From: Okamejei kenojei
Lineage: Eukaryota
Direction of reading: 5' to 3'
Length of the DNA: 64,000 nt
NCBI GenBank assembly: GCA_035221665.1
Contig: CM069154.1
Coordinates: 12,400,001 to 12,464,000, forward strand
Shown: in pieces, positions 38,470 to 51,642 of the stretch
How the letters are laid out: each line of letters starts with the position of its first letter
Position numbering within the stretch: the first letter of the stretch is position 1
The notes under the pieces: model-generated
Database searches by the model: none
Seen by the model: only the letters and a program-made list of their open reading frames with translations
Told to the model about the DNA's origin: nothing
Position numbers and translations under genes: made by a program

Positions 38470-39048
38470 CTCACTGGTCAAGGCATTGAATATAATGGTC
38501 GGGAAGCCATGTTGCTCTTGGGGACTTTTGTTTGGCTACATTTACAGTTCTGGTCGCCCCTTACAGGAAAGATGTAGATGTTTTGAGGAGAGTACAGAAG
38601 AGGTTTACCAGATACTGCCTGGATTAGATGGTATTACTTACAAGGAGAGGTTGGACCTACGTAGATCTATCTTGCCTAGAATGTCGGAGGCTGAGGGGAG
38701 AGCTGAAAGAAGGATATAAAATTAGGAGAGGCATAGATAGTAGACAGTCAGAAACATTTTCCCCATGATGATAATGTCAAAGACTTGAGGGCATAGCTTT
38801 AAGGTGAAAGGGGGAAAGTTTAAAGGAGATGTATGGGGCAAGTAATTTTACACAGGGTGGAGGGTGGCTGGAATGTGCTTCCAGGGGTGGTGGTGGAAGC
38901 AGATATGATGACTAAATGTTACTTTTAGATAGGCACGTATGTACAGGAAATGGAGGGATATGGATCATGTGCAGACGGATGAGAGTATATTGCAGTACTT
39001 GGTTCAGCATGGACATTGTGGGCTGAAGGGTCTGACCCTGTACTGTTC
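38470..39048 (+). mobile_element. CR1-type LINE 3' fragment, degenerate
   Basis: ILPGLDGITYKERLD peptide and 3' tail. Confidence 0.8.
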
Positions 39049-39279
39049 TGTCGGGGGAGCCGACCACCCACCCTGTCAGGCATGTTCCGCCTGCCCTCGG
39101 CACCCACTGAACGAGTGGGAGTGAGGGATCAGGTGTGAAAAAGGAATGGGGTTGTTACCACAGGGAGGGGAGAGCCAAAGCTGGAGTGGTAATCTGGGCA
39201 GCTTCACACACACAGGCAGTGGTGTTAGATTCAACAACCGAGAAGGGTCGGCTGAGAGAAACGAGAGGTGGTCCCAGCA

Positions 39280-39757
39280 TAGGGTTGTCAACTTTCTCAC
39301 TCCCAAATAAGGGATAAATGCCTAAATTTCGACCGACTCAGCCGTGGCTGGGTGAATGATGAGTTGGCCCGGATGTTGGACTGCGTACAAAGCTTTGGTC
39401 TGACGCCCGGGCCAAAACTCCTCAGCTGGCCCGCCGGCTGGGCTTTGCGTTCTGCTGGACGTTATGTCCGGCACCCCATCCAACTCATGAACTGATGATC
39501 GGCCATGAGAAGGAGGGGTGGAGGTGTCGGTGGTATGCGAAGGTCCGAAGCTGCCGACTGACGGGGCCACGGGCGAGGTGCTGCTGCTGCACTCCATGGG
39601 CTGCACTACGTCGGGACGGGTGAGGCGGGGCCGGACGCGGCGCTCCGACCCGAGTAGTAGCAGTCAAATACGGGACAAGGGCGGTCCAGTATGGGACAAA
39701 CCAATTTACCCCATTATACGGGTTGTCCCGGCTAATACGGGACAGTTGGCAACCCTA
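39280..39757. mobile_element. hAT MITE with TAGGGTTG(C/T)CAACT TIRs, CpG-rich interior
   Basis: TIRs at both ends; 8-bp TSD tcccagca / gcccagca (7 of 8 match). Confidence 0.8.
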
Positions 39758-41150
39758 GCCCAGCACATTACTCCATTTGTCACACTATTAAAACCACAAG
39801 CCACACGGCAATGGAAAGGAAGTGCAGTTACGAATGGAAGATGTTGGTTCACCACAGACTTAACTAGCAATCGCATTGTAACTGACCTCAGCATTTGTCT
39901 TCGAACTGTTATCAAGATGACCTTTACTGGACAATATATGTTGAAAAACCCGGTGATGATCACCTCCCTGTTGAAGTAATAGTGAAGTCCCATCGCTCCC
40001 TGATAAAGTGACATCTTTATACGTGTCTTCAAGCAATGGCAAACACACACATTTTTTCTTTATTCCACCGTCCCTCCTCAAGCCTCTCGTCATTTATACC
40101 TGTGCTCTTATTCTCTTGCTTCTCTGGCCTGCATCATCCACTTCCTCCTCCTCTTACTTCCCCATTACATGTTCTGTTCCACACCACTTTATCCTCTGTC
40201 TTCCACCATCTCCCTTTGCATCCCACTCCATCTTGTACTTCTCTCATTTGCTGTCCCCCGCCTGCTCCCCAAAATGTCTCGCACCTCCATGTCCCACACC
40301 TAATTGGCCATTAATCCATATTGACAAAAACACAAAGTGCTGGGGTCAGGCAGCATCTCAGGGGGACGTGGAATCGGTGACGTTTCAGGTCGGGACCCTT
40401 CTTCAGACTGATGGTGGTGGGGAGGAGGAAGCTGAGAAAGGGGTTGGGGTGGGATAAAACATAGCTAGTGATAGGTGGACACGCGTGAAGGATGTTTTGC
40501 TTGGGAGATGGGTGGACAGAGGCGAGAAATGAGAAGGAGGCAAAAGTGTGTTGTATAAAGAGAGATGGGTGAAATGTAAAGCCAGAGGGTGGGATACAGG
40601 TGGGGGTGGAAGGGGGGTGGGACGGGTAGTTGAGTGGGGAAGGTGCATTATAGTGGGAGAAATGGGTGTGTATCAGGTTTGAACATAGAGAGGAGATGGG
40701 GGGCTGTTACTTAAAATTGTAGAATTCAAAGTTGCTCCATCTTCTGCTTTGCTTTGCTCCAAGGCCTTTAATCATCACTCCCATCCCCAAATCTCGGTTT
40801 CTGCATTTTTTTTTCTCCTCACATTAAACCCATTCATTTTGTCTAGGCTTCTTGTGTATTCCAACAGGAATCTTGGTGTTAACTAGTGTTTGATACCAGT
40901 CTTGCGTAGGGCTTGCGGCTGTAATGCTGTGTTCTAGTTGTTTGATGTTATTGTCAGTGCGCACCACGGCTGCTCCTGGCTTCCCTCTCCTCCTCACCAC
41001 CCCTCTCCTTTTGTTTATCCCTCCTCACACTTTCCCTCTCCCCCCCCCTCCACTTCCTACTGTTCCTTCCTACTCCCCTACTTCTTCCTTTCTCCCTCTC
41101 CCCAACTCAAGTAGGTTTGACACCATGCGAGCCTGCCGCCATGTATTACA

Positions 41151-41180
41151 TCTCTCTCTCTCTCTCCCTCTCTCTCTCTC
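41151..41180. repeat. (TC)n microsatellite forming the polypyrimidine tract of the exon at 41186
   Basis: Directly abuts the tgcag acceptor. Confidence 0.9.
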
Positions 41181-41185
41181 TGCAG

Positions 41186-41334
41186 GAAATCCTACGAGTT
41201 TGAGGACGCGGACGGTCTTAAGCTCCTCCTGACACCCGCGGGGCGTGAGAAAAAACACGAACAAAATGGCAAGGGTACAGAGAAGACACTTCCCCACACT
41301 CTATCCGAAGAGAACATCTACGAGGATATTATAA
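41186..41334 (+). CDS. DENND2C: DENND2C exon (R)KSYEFEDADGL...SEENIYEDII, phase 2-1
   Basis: (TC)n-tgcag acceptor; A|gtaagg donor; conserved RKSxEFED and EENIYEDI motifs. Confidence 0.93.
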
Positions 41335-41688
41335 GTAAGGAGTCTAATTTGACTGTGGTCAGTGGATTATTTCCATCTTACTGCTCCTCTATGTATTAAC
41401 CCCTTCATAATTCCTTATTTATTCAATAAAAGATCAGTGGGAATGGTAATTCCAGGGGTCAAAGGGGGAATAAGTGGCTCTCTCACTTAAATCATAGCTG
41501 TAAATGCAGAAATGGGCTGTTCAGACGACCAGGTCCATGCTGGCCTTTTTCTCATCTGTACTGTTCCCTTTTTTGCTTGGCACCTCCTATCTCTCTCTCT
41601 CTCCCTCTTCCCCTCACCCCTCCAGCACTGGTAGCCTTGGGGCTCCTACTTTATCTTCTCCACCATCTATCTCCCAACTCCACCCTTT

Positions 41689-42074
41689 AGCCCCTGTCCT
41701 ACTTAGGGGACCTAAACAGCAACCTCTGGTGACCTTGCCCGCCAACCAAGGTTTCCATGAGGTCACCGGAGGTTTTGGTCACTCTCCTTAATGGTCGAAA
41801 GTGGTTTCCACGTGGTCGAGGCTTCATCTAGGTTGCTGCTATTTTTTTCATCATGTTTAAAACCGCTCGACTAAAAATAGGTTGCCATTTTAAAAATTGA
41901 TAATTTTTTTGTCGCAGGTCTAATTGAAGCTGGTTTTCTTCATAGTCAAGGAAGGTTTTCAACATATGCGTGGGAGGTGGTAGGAGGTTGCAGGTCACCT
42001 CGACTTTTTATTTTTGGATGCTGGTCAAGGTCACCAGAGGTTGCTCTTTAGGTCTCCTAAGTGGGACATGGGCT
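41689..42074. mobile_element. Harbinger-like MITE
   Basis: Long imperfect TIRs CCCTGTCCTACTTAGGGGACCTAAA...CTCTGGTGACCTTG / CAAGGTCACCAGAG...CCTAAGTGGGACA; TSD degraded. Confidence 0.65.
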
Positions 42075-42227
42075 TTCTCCTTCTTCCACATGGCTTTTTT
42101 GCCCATCACCCGTCACCTCTCCTCAGTCCAGTGCCGACCCCTACCTCACGCTGTCCCCCTCTTCTCTTTGCAGCAGCTGTTTTGCCTCCCTCTACTCTCA
42201 GACCTGAATTGTTTTCATATTTATTTT

Positions 42228-42510
42228 GGTTTTCGAGATACAGCACGGAAACAAGGCCTTCAGCCCACCGTCCGCACCGACCAGCGATCCCCGCACATTA
42301 ACGCCATCGTACAAACACAAACAATGGAGACAATTTGTTTGCATTTATACCAAGCCAATTAACCTACAAACGTCCACGTCTTTGGAGTGTGTGAGCAAAC
42401 CGAAGATGTCGGAGACAAACGCTGTACAGACAAGCAGCCCGTGGTCGGGTTCAAGGCCGATCTCTGGTGCTCTAAGACAGCAACTCTACCGCTGCGCCAC
42501 CGTGCCGCCC
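42228..42510 (-). mobile_element. HE1-type V-SINE
   Basis: Reverse-complement copy with intact head. Confidence 0.8.
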
Positions 42511-44179
42511 TTCAGTGAAGCACCAAAGCATCGACAATACCCTCTCCCCACCCCCACGGATGTGCCCGACTCACTGAGATCCTCCAGCAACTTCCTATTG
42601 CGGCAGACTCCAGCATTTGCAGTCTCTTGAAAACCAAGTTCTCCCCAAAGATAGGATTTGTTTCAGATTTATTTCCACCCCCAAGTATGAAGGAAAGAAA
42701 TATAAACCTAGAGCAGGGTATTAGTCCCCTCTTGCCTGCAGCATTATTCAGTAAATCAAGACGGATCCCTTTCCTCAATGCCCCTCAACTGCGCTGAACT
42801 CACAATCTTTGATTTCCTTCTCTCTATATCCGAGCCTCCAGAGCCCTCTCCGGTATAATCCCAGCCATTTGGTTTCATCTCAATGAAGGCATTCCTGCTC
42901 CCCACTCTCCATGAATGTTGACCCTTAGTTTGAGACTGACCTCTTGATATTCGATACCGGGGCGAAACTATCGAGCCCTGCCAGCATTTGATACACTTCA
43001 ATAAAACCTGATCTCTACAGGATGTGGCACTAGATTGTTCAATCTGCACTCATGGGTCAAACGACACTCCATTCCCAAGCACCCTGTATTACATTTCTCG
43101 TAGTGGCCTACAGCTTGTAAAACACTCTTTGGCCCCTTAAGTCCACAGCGAGCATTCGCCACCTGTTTGCACTCATTTTATTTTTCTCTCCCCCCACATT
43201 CACATCGACTCCCCCTATATCCATCATCCATGTACACACTAGGGTAATTTACACTGTACAACCTCTCTCATCACGGGGAATAATTGCGCACAGCTCCGAA
43301 GGACCCACTCGAGGCCAATTATCCTACAAACAATCATCCTACCACAACCAGAGAGCAATGCTGAACATCTACCTCTGTGATGCCCCTCGGACTATCCTTG
43401 ATTGCACTTTGCTGGCTTTACCTTGCACTAGACGTCATTCTCTTGTGCATCTATGCACTGTAAATGGATCGATTCTAATCACATATTGTCTTTCTGCTGA
43501 CTGGCTGGCACGCAACAAGAAGCTTTTAACTGTACCTCGGTACACGTGACAATAAACTAAACTAAAATAAAACTTGGGACGTGGGGAAACTGTAGGTTAC
43601 CAATGTGGTCACAGGAAGAACATGCAGACTCCACACAGGTAGCACTCGAGTTCAGGATCGAACCTGCGTCTCTGTCGCCCTGAGGCAACAGCTGGGCAGG
43701 GTGAGACGAGTGAAGTGCACGTCCTCTACGCTCGAGCACAATGGGACTACTGGGCAAATGGCCAGCATGGGATTCATCCGCTCATTATACAGAGCGGCCT
43801 CCACACAAACTCCTTCCGCCTGGTTGGAAGAGCTCCAGCAGTCCTCTGGAGCGTCGCTGCAATACTTTATATCCCCCGTTACAAATTGCCTGACAAATTC
43901 CTGGAATGTGCAAGAGATTGTCAGTAAGTGTTTTGCTGCAACGGTAGCAGGGTGCTGTGAGAAACCCGGGACCTCCGCTTCCCGATGCCTTTCATCCTCC
44001 CATTTACTTTCAGCCTCGCAGCTGTCGGACGGGACTCTACATCATGGAGCCCCACAGTTAGAGCAGTGCTTTGCTCCAGCAGCGTACCCGGAGCTCCAGT
44101 GTCAACACGCCTTGTGTGTTAGTCAACAGCCCCCACCTGGAGCAGGAAACTGGGCACCCAAGACCAACTTTGCAGGCTG

Positions 44180-44565
44180 CATAGTGAGTTGCTGCCTTAC
44201 AGCGCCAGAGACCCGGGTTCGATCCTGACCACGGGTGCTGTCTGTACGGAGTTTGTACGTTCTCCCCGCGTGTGTTTTCTCCGGGTGCTCCGGTTTCCTC
44301 CCACACTCCAAAGACAAGCAGGTTTGTAGCAGTCTGAAGAAAGGTCTTGACCCGAAACGTCACCCATTCCTTCTCTCCAGAGATGCTGCCTGTCCCGCTG
44401 AGTTGCTCCAGCATTATGTGTCTATCTTAGGTTTGTAGGTTAATTGGCTTCTTTAAATTGTCCCTAGTGTGTGAAGTAATACTAGTGCATGGCTGATTGT
44501 TTGGCGGTGTGGACCCGATGGGCTGAAGGGCTTGTTTCCACTCTGTATCTCTATACTAAACTAAA
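44180..44565 (+). mobile_element. HE1-type V-SINE carrying a 99-bp Penelope arm (44330-44428) with 10-bp TSD
   Basis: aggtttgtag at 44320-44329 and 44429-44438. Confidence 0.85.
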
Positions 44566-45506
44566 ACTTGTACCATGTTTGGTGAGAGGAGGTGGTGGTA
44601 TCTGAGCTACGATCAGCTGGAAGCTCTTGGTCCATAGAAGGAAGCTGCTTCATTTTTTTTTAAACTCTGTGTTCAATAAATTACATTTACATTTAATTAC
44701 AATGACCTGCTAACTTCTTCTATTTCAAAATTCAGACATGTTTATTTGTCATATTCACTGTAATGAACTGGAGGAGTGCAATTCTTACTAGCTGCAACTT
44801 AACAAACGGATTAGGTGCAACACCAAAACAAAATATGCATTAAATTATTTATAAGAAAAATTAAGGAGTTTGTACGTTCTCCCTGTAACCCCGTGGGTTT
44901 ACTCCGAGTGCTCCGGGTTCCCCCCACGCTCCAAAGATGTGCAAGTTTGTAGATTAATTGGCTATGTTTAAAAATTGTAAATTTTTCACCCTCGTGTACA
45001 AGGTGATCGTTGGCCGGCACGGACTCGATGGGCTGAAGGGCCTTTTTCTGAGCTGTATCTCTGAAGTCTAAAGTTAAGGAAGGTGATATATGTTTGAAAG
45101 ACTGGAGGCCGAGGGCTTTTGGGATCTGGCACAGAATAGCAGCCGAGGCCTGGAGTGGATGAGCCATGATAGTATTGAATAGAGAAGCCGAGTGGCCTTC
45201 TTATTTCCGAATGTTCTTGTATTCAGAGGCGAGGCATTCTTTTATTGTATTGTATATCTTTATTATCATTTTTCCTGAGTACTTACATACCCAGAGGAAA
45301 TGAAAAAACGTTGCGCAACCAGTGTCCATTCAGTGTGCGGTAAAAAATAAATAGAAATAAAAATAAAAATACATATCATGAGTTCCAATCGGCAGCGGCA
45401 CGACAATGGCTCTGCTTCAGTGTGTCCAGGTTGGTGGTTGGTGCGCGATACTTTGGCAGGGGGCAAACATTCTGATTGATATGTTCCTCCTCCTCTTTGC
45501 CTTCAG

Positions 45507-45616
45507 GTCCTTCTAAGGAAAATCCATATGAAGACGTCAAATTCACCCCGTCACTCCTGGCCAGAGGACGGCGAGTTTGGGGTTCGCCGACAACACGACC
45601 CAGGCGGCCCCCAGAG
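45507..45616 (+). CDS. DENND2C: DENND2C exon (S)PSKENPYEDVKF...RRPPE, phase 1-0
   Basis: ctctttgccttcag acceptor; GAG|gtatgg donor; KENPYED motif. Confidence 0.9.
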
Positions 45617-45631
45617 GTATGGATCTCAAAC

Positions 45632-45895
45632 CGTTTAGATGAGGAAATACGCTTTCACCCAGAGGGTTGTGAATCCGTGGAATTCTCTGCCACAGAAGAC
45701 AGTGGAGGCCAATTCACTGGACGTATTCAAGAGAGAGTTGGATATAGCTCTTAGGGCTAACGGAATCAAGGGATATGGGGAGAAAGCAGGAATGGAGTAC
45801 TGATTCTGGATGATCAGCCATGATCATATTGAATGGCGGTGCAGGCTCGAAGGGCCAAATGGCCCACTCCTGCACCTATTTTCTATGATTCTATA
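45632..45895 (+). mobile_element. CR1/HER1-type LINE 3' end, starting about 15 bp after the exon donor at 45616
   Basis: Same 3' UTR as 17038 and 19925 copies. Confidence 0.85.
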
Positions 45896-46247
45896 TATTA
45901 AGATTTCGATCAATTGCTATCTAACTGAATATTTGGAAGGGCCACCACGGATTTACCATCGACTGCATTGAACAAACTGAGCCGCACCAGCCCCAGTTTA
46001 GTACAGCAGAAGTAATTGAGTGCCTGCAACCAAGTATGCAGGGTCTGATTGAAGTGAGCGGGAGGAAGCCTCTATAATTCACGGCATGGTTTTCTAGCAC
46101 CAATCAAACCACTCCCCTGAAGTTGAGAACCAACCAATTTATCAGAAAGGTGACTGTAAAGGTTACTGTTTGTAGTGATTCGGATCCAGAGGCAGTAGCA
46201 ATGAGTGGGTTGTCCAGGGCTTTGCTTCATTGTACGAGCCTCTATAC

Positions 46248-46591
46248 CAGGGGTGGGGAACCTGCGGCCTTAAGGCCATTAAGTGCGGCCTTTTGAATAA
46301 ATCCAAATTTTGTAGAACAAATCCTTTTATTTTTATTAATATGTTCTTGTTTGTCTTATTATTTTTATTTTAATCTTAAAATGAACGTATTTAAAATACT
46401 AAAGAGTAAAAGAAGAAAATTATCCTCCCCAGACTGACGGCCACAATTAAAACATTGTGAGTCATGAGGGCTATTTTAACAAAATAATGTACATTTTGAA
46501 GTATATCTAATTGAAGTTTCTTGGATGTGGCATTATAAGATTACAGCTAACTTAATGCGGTATTCCAACAAGGAAAGGTTCCCCACCCCTG
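46248..46591. mobile_element. hAT (Charlie-like) MITE
   Basis: Perfect TIR CAGGGGTGGGGAACCT; 8-bp TSD ctctatac (46240-46247, 46592-46599). Confidence 0.92.
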
Positions 46592-46849
46592 CTCTATACC
46601 AAACGACTGATCATTAGGCTGCTTTTTTGCATACTTTGTCCATTACAATGTTTGAAGGCCATCGCACGTTGTGTATAAAATATTCCAATGTAACTTTACA
46701 AATGGCCAGCAAAGACATGGAAGGCCAAAAGGCCTGCTTCTGTTCTGTCTGGCTCTGACTGCACGGACTGTTGTGTAAGCAGTGCAGTTTTCCAGTGGCT
46801 ATAAGTTGACTCGCTGAATGTGAGTTGGAACCTACTCCTGTGTTCCTGA

Positions 46850-47442
46850 ATCACGAGAGGAATAGGTGAACAGGGTCTTTTACCCAGAGTAGGGGAATCG
46901 AGAAGCAGAGGACCTCGAGGGGGGAGAGGGGGAAGAGAGCTGGAAAGGGTACAGAGTCAATTTACGAGGATGATATCAGGACTCGAGGCCCTGAGCTCTA
47001 GGGAGAGGTTGAGCAGACTAGCACTATTTCTAGCAGTGCAAGAGGATGAGGGGTGATCTTATAAGAGGTGGAAAAAATCATGAGAGGAATAGATAGGCTA
47101 GATGCACAGAGTCTCTTGCCCAGAGTTGGGGATTCAATAACAAGAGAACACAGGTTTAAGGTGTGGAGGGGTGGGAGGGAGAGGATTTCATAGGAACCCG
47201 AGGGGTAACGTTTTCACATGAAGGGTGATGGGTGTATGGAATGAGCTGCCGGAGGATGTAGATGAGGCAGGTGATATTGCAATGTTTAAGAAACATTTAG
47301 ACAGGTACATGGATAGGATAGGTTTGGAGGGATATGGACTATACGCAGGCAGGTGGGACGCATGTTAATGGGACATGCTGGTTGGTATGGGCAAGTTAGG
47401 CTGTAGGGCCTGTTTCTATGCTGTATATAACTCTATAACTCT
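46850..47442 (+). mobile_element. CR1-type LINE 3' fragments
   Basis: Degenerate LERVQSQFTRMISGL region and tail with (CTATAACT)n. Confidence 0.8.
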
Positions 47443-47556
47443 ACTGGCAGATATTGTGCAGCAAAGACAGGGCTATTTTCCAACGCTTTATGGCCCAGAG
47501 CTGGCGATTTAACTCCCTCCAATCTAATGCTTGTATGTTTGTTCCACTTTTGTCAG

Positions 47557-47748
47557 CTTCCACCAAAACCCCCCATTCTGCTGGGACAAGCTCAGGAAAG
47601 TAAAACTTTGAAAGTGGCAGACCAGAGGAAGGTTGGTAAAGACGGCACAGTCCCTTTGCTCCGCTCCACTCCCCTGTCCATATCGGGCAACCCTGAAGAC
47701 TCTGTCGCTGGAGACATACTGGTGAAGAAAAGAAAGAAGATCCCCCTG
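47557..47748 (+). CDS. DENND2C: DENND2C exon LPPKPPILL...KKRKKIPL, phase 0-0
   Basis: ccacttttgtcag acceptor; CTG|gtgagt donor; LPPKP and KRKKIP motifs. Confidence 0.9.
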
Positions 47749-47804
47749 GTGAGTTAAGATGATGTGGTTTGTACAACCACACCACTGATCCACTGCACAA
47801 CATG

Positions 47805-48303
47805 CGGGCGGCACAGTACCTCACAGCGCCAGAGACCCGGCTTCCATCCTGACCTCGGGTGCTGTCTGTGTGGAGCATGTACGTTCTCCCTGTGATCACA
47901 CGTGTTTCCTCCGGGTGCTCCGGTTTCCTCCCACATCCCAAAGACGTGAGGGTTTGTAGGTTAAGTACAGGAAGGAACTGCAGATGCTGGCTTTAAACCG
48001 AAGACACAAAAAGCTGGAGTAACGCTGGGTTAGGCAGCATCTCTGGAGAAAATTAATAGGTTGTGTCTGAAGAAGGGTCTCAACCCAAAACATCGCCTAT
48101 TCCTTTCTCCAGAGATGCTGTCTGACCCGCTGATGTTACTCCGGCCTTTTGTGTCTATATCTTGGGTTTGGCCTCTGAAATTACCCCTCAGTATGAAGGG
48201 AGTGGATGAGAATGTAGGATAACATGGACTGCTGTGAACTGGTGATAGATGGTCGGTTTGGAGGGCCGAAGGGCCTGTTTCCACGCTGTACCTCTAAACT
48301 AAA
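47805..48303 (+). mobile_element. HE1-related V-SINE interrupted by a Penelope fold-back element (~47966-48163)
   Basis: Insert follows GGTTTGTAGGTTAA; SINE resumes at TTGGCCTC. Confidence 0.8.
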
Positions 48304-48854
48304 TGAAATGCCTCTTCTCCTTTTATATGAAGCCCGTTTGTCTCCTTTTCACTTCTAACACTTGTTACTTACGCCACCCATCTATCAGTCAAATTGCCTT
48401 CAGCTGTATCCACCTATCACTTGCCAGGGGGAAAAAACCCAGCAAGTGCTGGAGTAACTCAGCGGTGCAGCAGCATCTCTGGAAGATGTTGAAAGGTGAC
48501 TTTTTGAGTCTGGGTTCTTCATCGCACTTGGGACCTGAAGGGTTCAGACTTGAAACGTCACCTACCTTTGCTTTTCAGAGGTGCTAGCTGATTCACTGAG
48601 TCCAAGCCGACCATCGATTACCCGTTCACGCTAATTCAATGTTATCCCACTTTTGCAGGTGCAGTTTCACAGTAATGCATTAGGTTAGACGTTGCCTGCG
48701 TAACTATGAAGTGTGTTGGCTTGTAGTAACAAGGAACTGCAGATGCAGGTTGCACAAAAGAACACAGTGCAGGAGTAACTCAGCAGGTCAGGCAGCATCT
48801 CTGGAGAGCATGGATAGGTGACGTTTTGGGTCGGGACCCTGTTTCAGATCTGAA

Positions 48855-49398
48855 TAAGTAAGTACGTTTATTGGCCAAGTATTCACATACAAGGAATTTG
48901 CCTTGGTGCTCCGCCCACAAGTAACAACATGACATACAGTGACAGTTTACGAATGACTCAGAAAACACTAAACATTAATAATAACAAAACAGTAATGATA
49001 AAACACCATTGATCAAGCATGTCAACCAACAAAATATCAGATCAAAGGGAGGCTACAGATTTTTGGCTGTTGAGTAGAGCAACTACTCGTGGATAAAAAC
49101 TGTTTTTATGTCTGGCTGTGGCAGCTTTGACAGTCTGGATTCGTCTTCCAGAAGGAAGTGATTCAAAGAGTTTGTGGCCAGGGTGAGAGGGGTCAGAGAT
49201 GATCTTGCCCGCTCGCTTCCTGGCCCTTGCAGTGTACAGTTCATCAATGGAGGGAAGGTTGCAGCCAATAACCTTCTCTGCTGATCGGACGATTCGCTGT
49301 AGCCTCCAGGTGTTGTGCTTGGTGTGGAGCCAAACCAGACCACGATGGGGAAGGTGAGAACAGACTCTACGATGGCCGTGTAGAATTGGACAAACATT
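48855..49398 (-). mobile_element. Rex1/Babar-like LINE 3' fragment inserted at the apex of a Penelope fold-back element (48730-49485)
   Basis: FYTAIVESVLTFPIVVWFGS and, after a frameshift, HKLFESLPSGR...TARHKNSFYP. Confidence 0.8.
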
Positions 49399-49734
49399 AG
49401 TAGGGTCCCAACCTGAAAAGTTACCTATCCATGTTCTCCAAAGATGCTGCCTGACCGGCTGTGTTACTCCAGCACCTGGTGTCTTTCAGTGTCAGCTTGT
49501 GTTTTACCCCACTCTAATCAGTCTTTACTGGTAAGGTCATAGGTTCTAGGAGCAGTATTAGGCCATTCGGCCCATCAAGTCTACTCCGCCATTCAATCAT
49601 GGCTGATCTATCGCTCCCTCCTAACCCCATTCTCCTGCCTTGTCCCCACAGCTTCAGACACCTAACAGGCACCTTGCGTTTTATGCGGTGGTTATGTGCT
49701 TGAAAATCAGCGCGCAATTTAAAAGCTTTTTTTT

Positions 49735-50010
49735 GTTTAGTTTAGAGATGCAGTGTGGAAACGGGCCTTTCGGTCCACCGAGTTCGCCCCGACCAGCATT
49801 CCCCGCATATTAACACTATTTATGAACACTAGGGACCAAGCCAATTAACCAACAAACCTGCGCGTCTTTGGAGTGTGGGAGGAAACCGTTGATCCTGGGG
49901 AAAACTCACACCGGTCACGGGGAGAACATACAAACCGTAGACAGCACCCATAGTCAGGATTGATGCTGGTTTCTGGCGCTGGAAGGCATCAGGTCTACCG
50001 CTGTGCCGGC
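49735..50010 (-). mobile_element. HE1-type V-SINE
   Basis: Reverse-complement copy. Confidence 0.8.
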
Positions 50011-50195
50011 CCTTCTACAGGAAGCAGTCCCCAGTATTTGGAGCTCGTGCTTATACTTATAAACTGTAGAAAGCATCTTCAGTGTTTGCTTAGTGGTGTA
50101 TCATCATATGTTACTGGTACCCCTGTGTTAACAGACTCTGGCAGGTAGACAGCACAGCGTTGCCATGGTGATTAACTGCGGCCATTTTGTTCCAG

Positions 50196-50292
50196 CTGGT
50201 TTTGAAGATCCAGGCAGCGTACGATGCTAAAAGAGGGAAGAAAAAAGTGAAGGCTTTTACATCATCAGGACCAGAGTCCACCCCACAGAAAG
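50196..50292 (+). CDS. DENND2C: DENND2C exon LVLKIQAAYDAKRGKKKVK...PQK, phase 0-1
   Basis: ccattttgttccag acceptor; AAG|gtgcac donor; LVLKI...KRGKKKVK family motif. Confidence 0.9.
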
Positions 50293-50998
50293 GTGCACAA
50301 TTTACATCCGTATATTTACATTAAAAGTTTCCAATTAAATGTATGTTGTGGAAAGCAGAGATATGTGCAATGTTATACATTTCGAATTTTTGGAAAGTCT
50401 GTACAAACAATGTCTTAATGACATTCTGGTTCCTGCACAACTGATTTTAGATGATAAAGTCAGTTTTACAGCAGATATTTTTAGTTCCCCTTTGACTCTT
50501 CGGAGTATGTTCCACTCACTGTGGCGATCACTGGTGTTACTACTTATTCAGCAGGATATAGGTTATTACGAGGCAGACGATGACAGATTGTCACTTCAGA
50601 TAACTCCTCTCTGAGAGTGGTGCTTTGTGTTTGGTATGTTGGCAGGAAACTGTCTGAGAGGCTCTGGTTGAGAAAGTTGGTGATTGCAACAATACGGATT
50701 CACAGGGTTCTCACCGACGTCCTTGACATCCCAAGAGTGCATGTTAGTTTAACTAACCCCACCCCCCTTCCCTCCCCTCTGCCCCACCTGGATTCCCACT
50801 TAAACTCCCACCTATATCTCCCCTCCCCGCGACCTTCCTCCCTCTAGCTTCACAATCCGCAACTTGCAAACCTGTTTCACACCTTATGCTCTTATCGTTG
50901 GTCTTTGTTCCAACCTGTCATAAAACCGTCCAGGTTTATGTCCACCTATTGCCTGCCACGCTTTGTCATGCCTCTAGCCTCTTCCAATTTTTTTTCTC

Positions 50999-51034
<36 letters not shown>

Positions 51035-51344
51035 ACCACTACTCCCTCCTTGCAATCAGTCTGAAAAAGTGTCTCGACCCGAAATGTCACCACTCCATGT
51101 TCTCCCGAGATGCTGGCTGACCTGCTGAGTTATTTTTGTGCATTAACCAGGATCTGCGGTTCTCTGTTTCTCCAAGTAATCCAAAAGAATGGTTAAAACA
51201 GTGAGTGGAAATTATACTGTGGCTCGACTTGTGGTACGCACTGCCAAAGGTCAAACTGACCCACTGTGCAGTTAGTGCGTGATGGGGAGTTAGAGAGCTT
51301 TGATTGGGAGCCTAGTTAAAGAGGTGATGTGACCAAAAATATCA

Positions 51345-51642
51345 CGGCAGCCCAGTGGCGCAGCGGTAGAGCTGCTGCCTCACAGCGCCAAAGACCCGGG
51401 TTCGATCCTGACTGCGGATGCTGTCTGTATGGTGTTTGCATGTTCTCCCCGTGACCACGTGGGTTCTCTCCGGGTGCTCCAGCTTCCTCCCACACTCCAA
51501 GCGTGCAGGTATGTAGGGTAACTAACTCCGGTAAAATTGTTAATTGTCTCCAGTGTGTAGGATAGTGCTAGTGTACAGGGTGATCGCTGGTCGGCATGGG
51601 TTCATTGGGCCGAAGGGTCTTTATCCGTGCTGTGCCTCTAAA
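51345..51642 (+). mobile_element. HE1-type V-SINE
   Basis: A-box, B-box GGTTCGATCC, V-domain. Confidence 0.85.

Noticed and set aside
43605-44228. 207-aa plus-strand ORF
   Set aside because: Starts and ends in SINE sequence, has no recognisable domain and no fitting splice sites; DENND2C phases join without it
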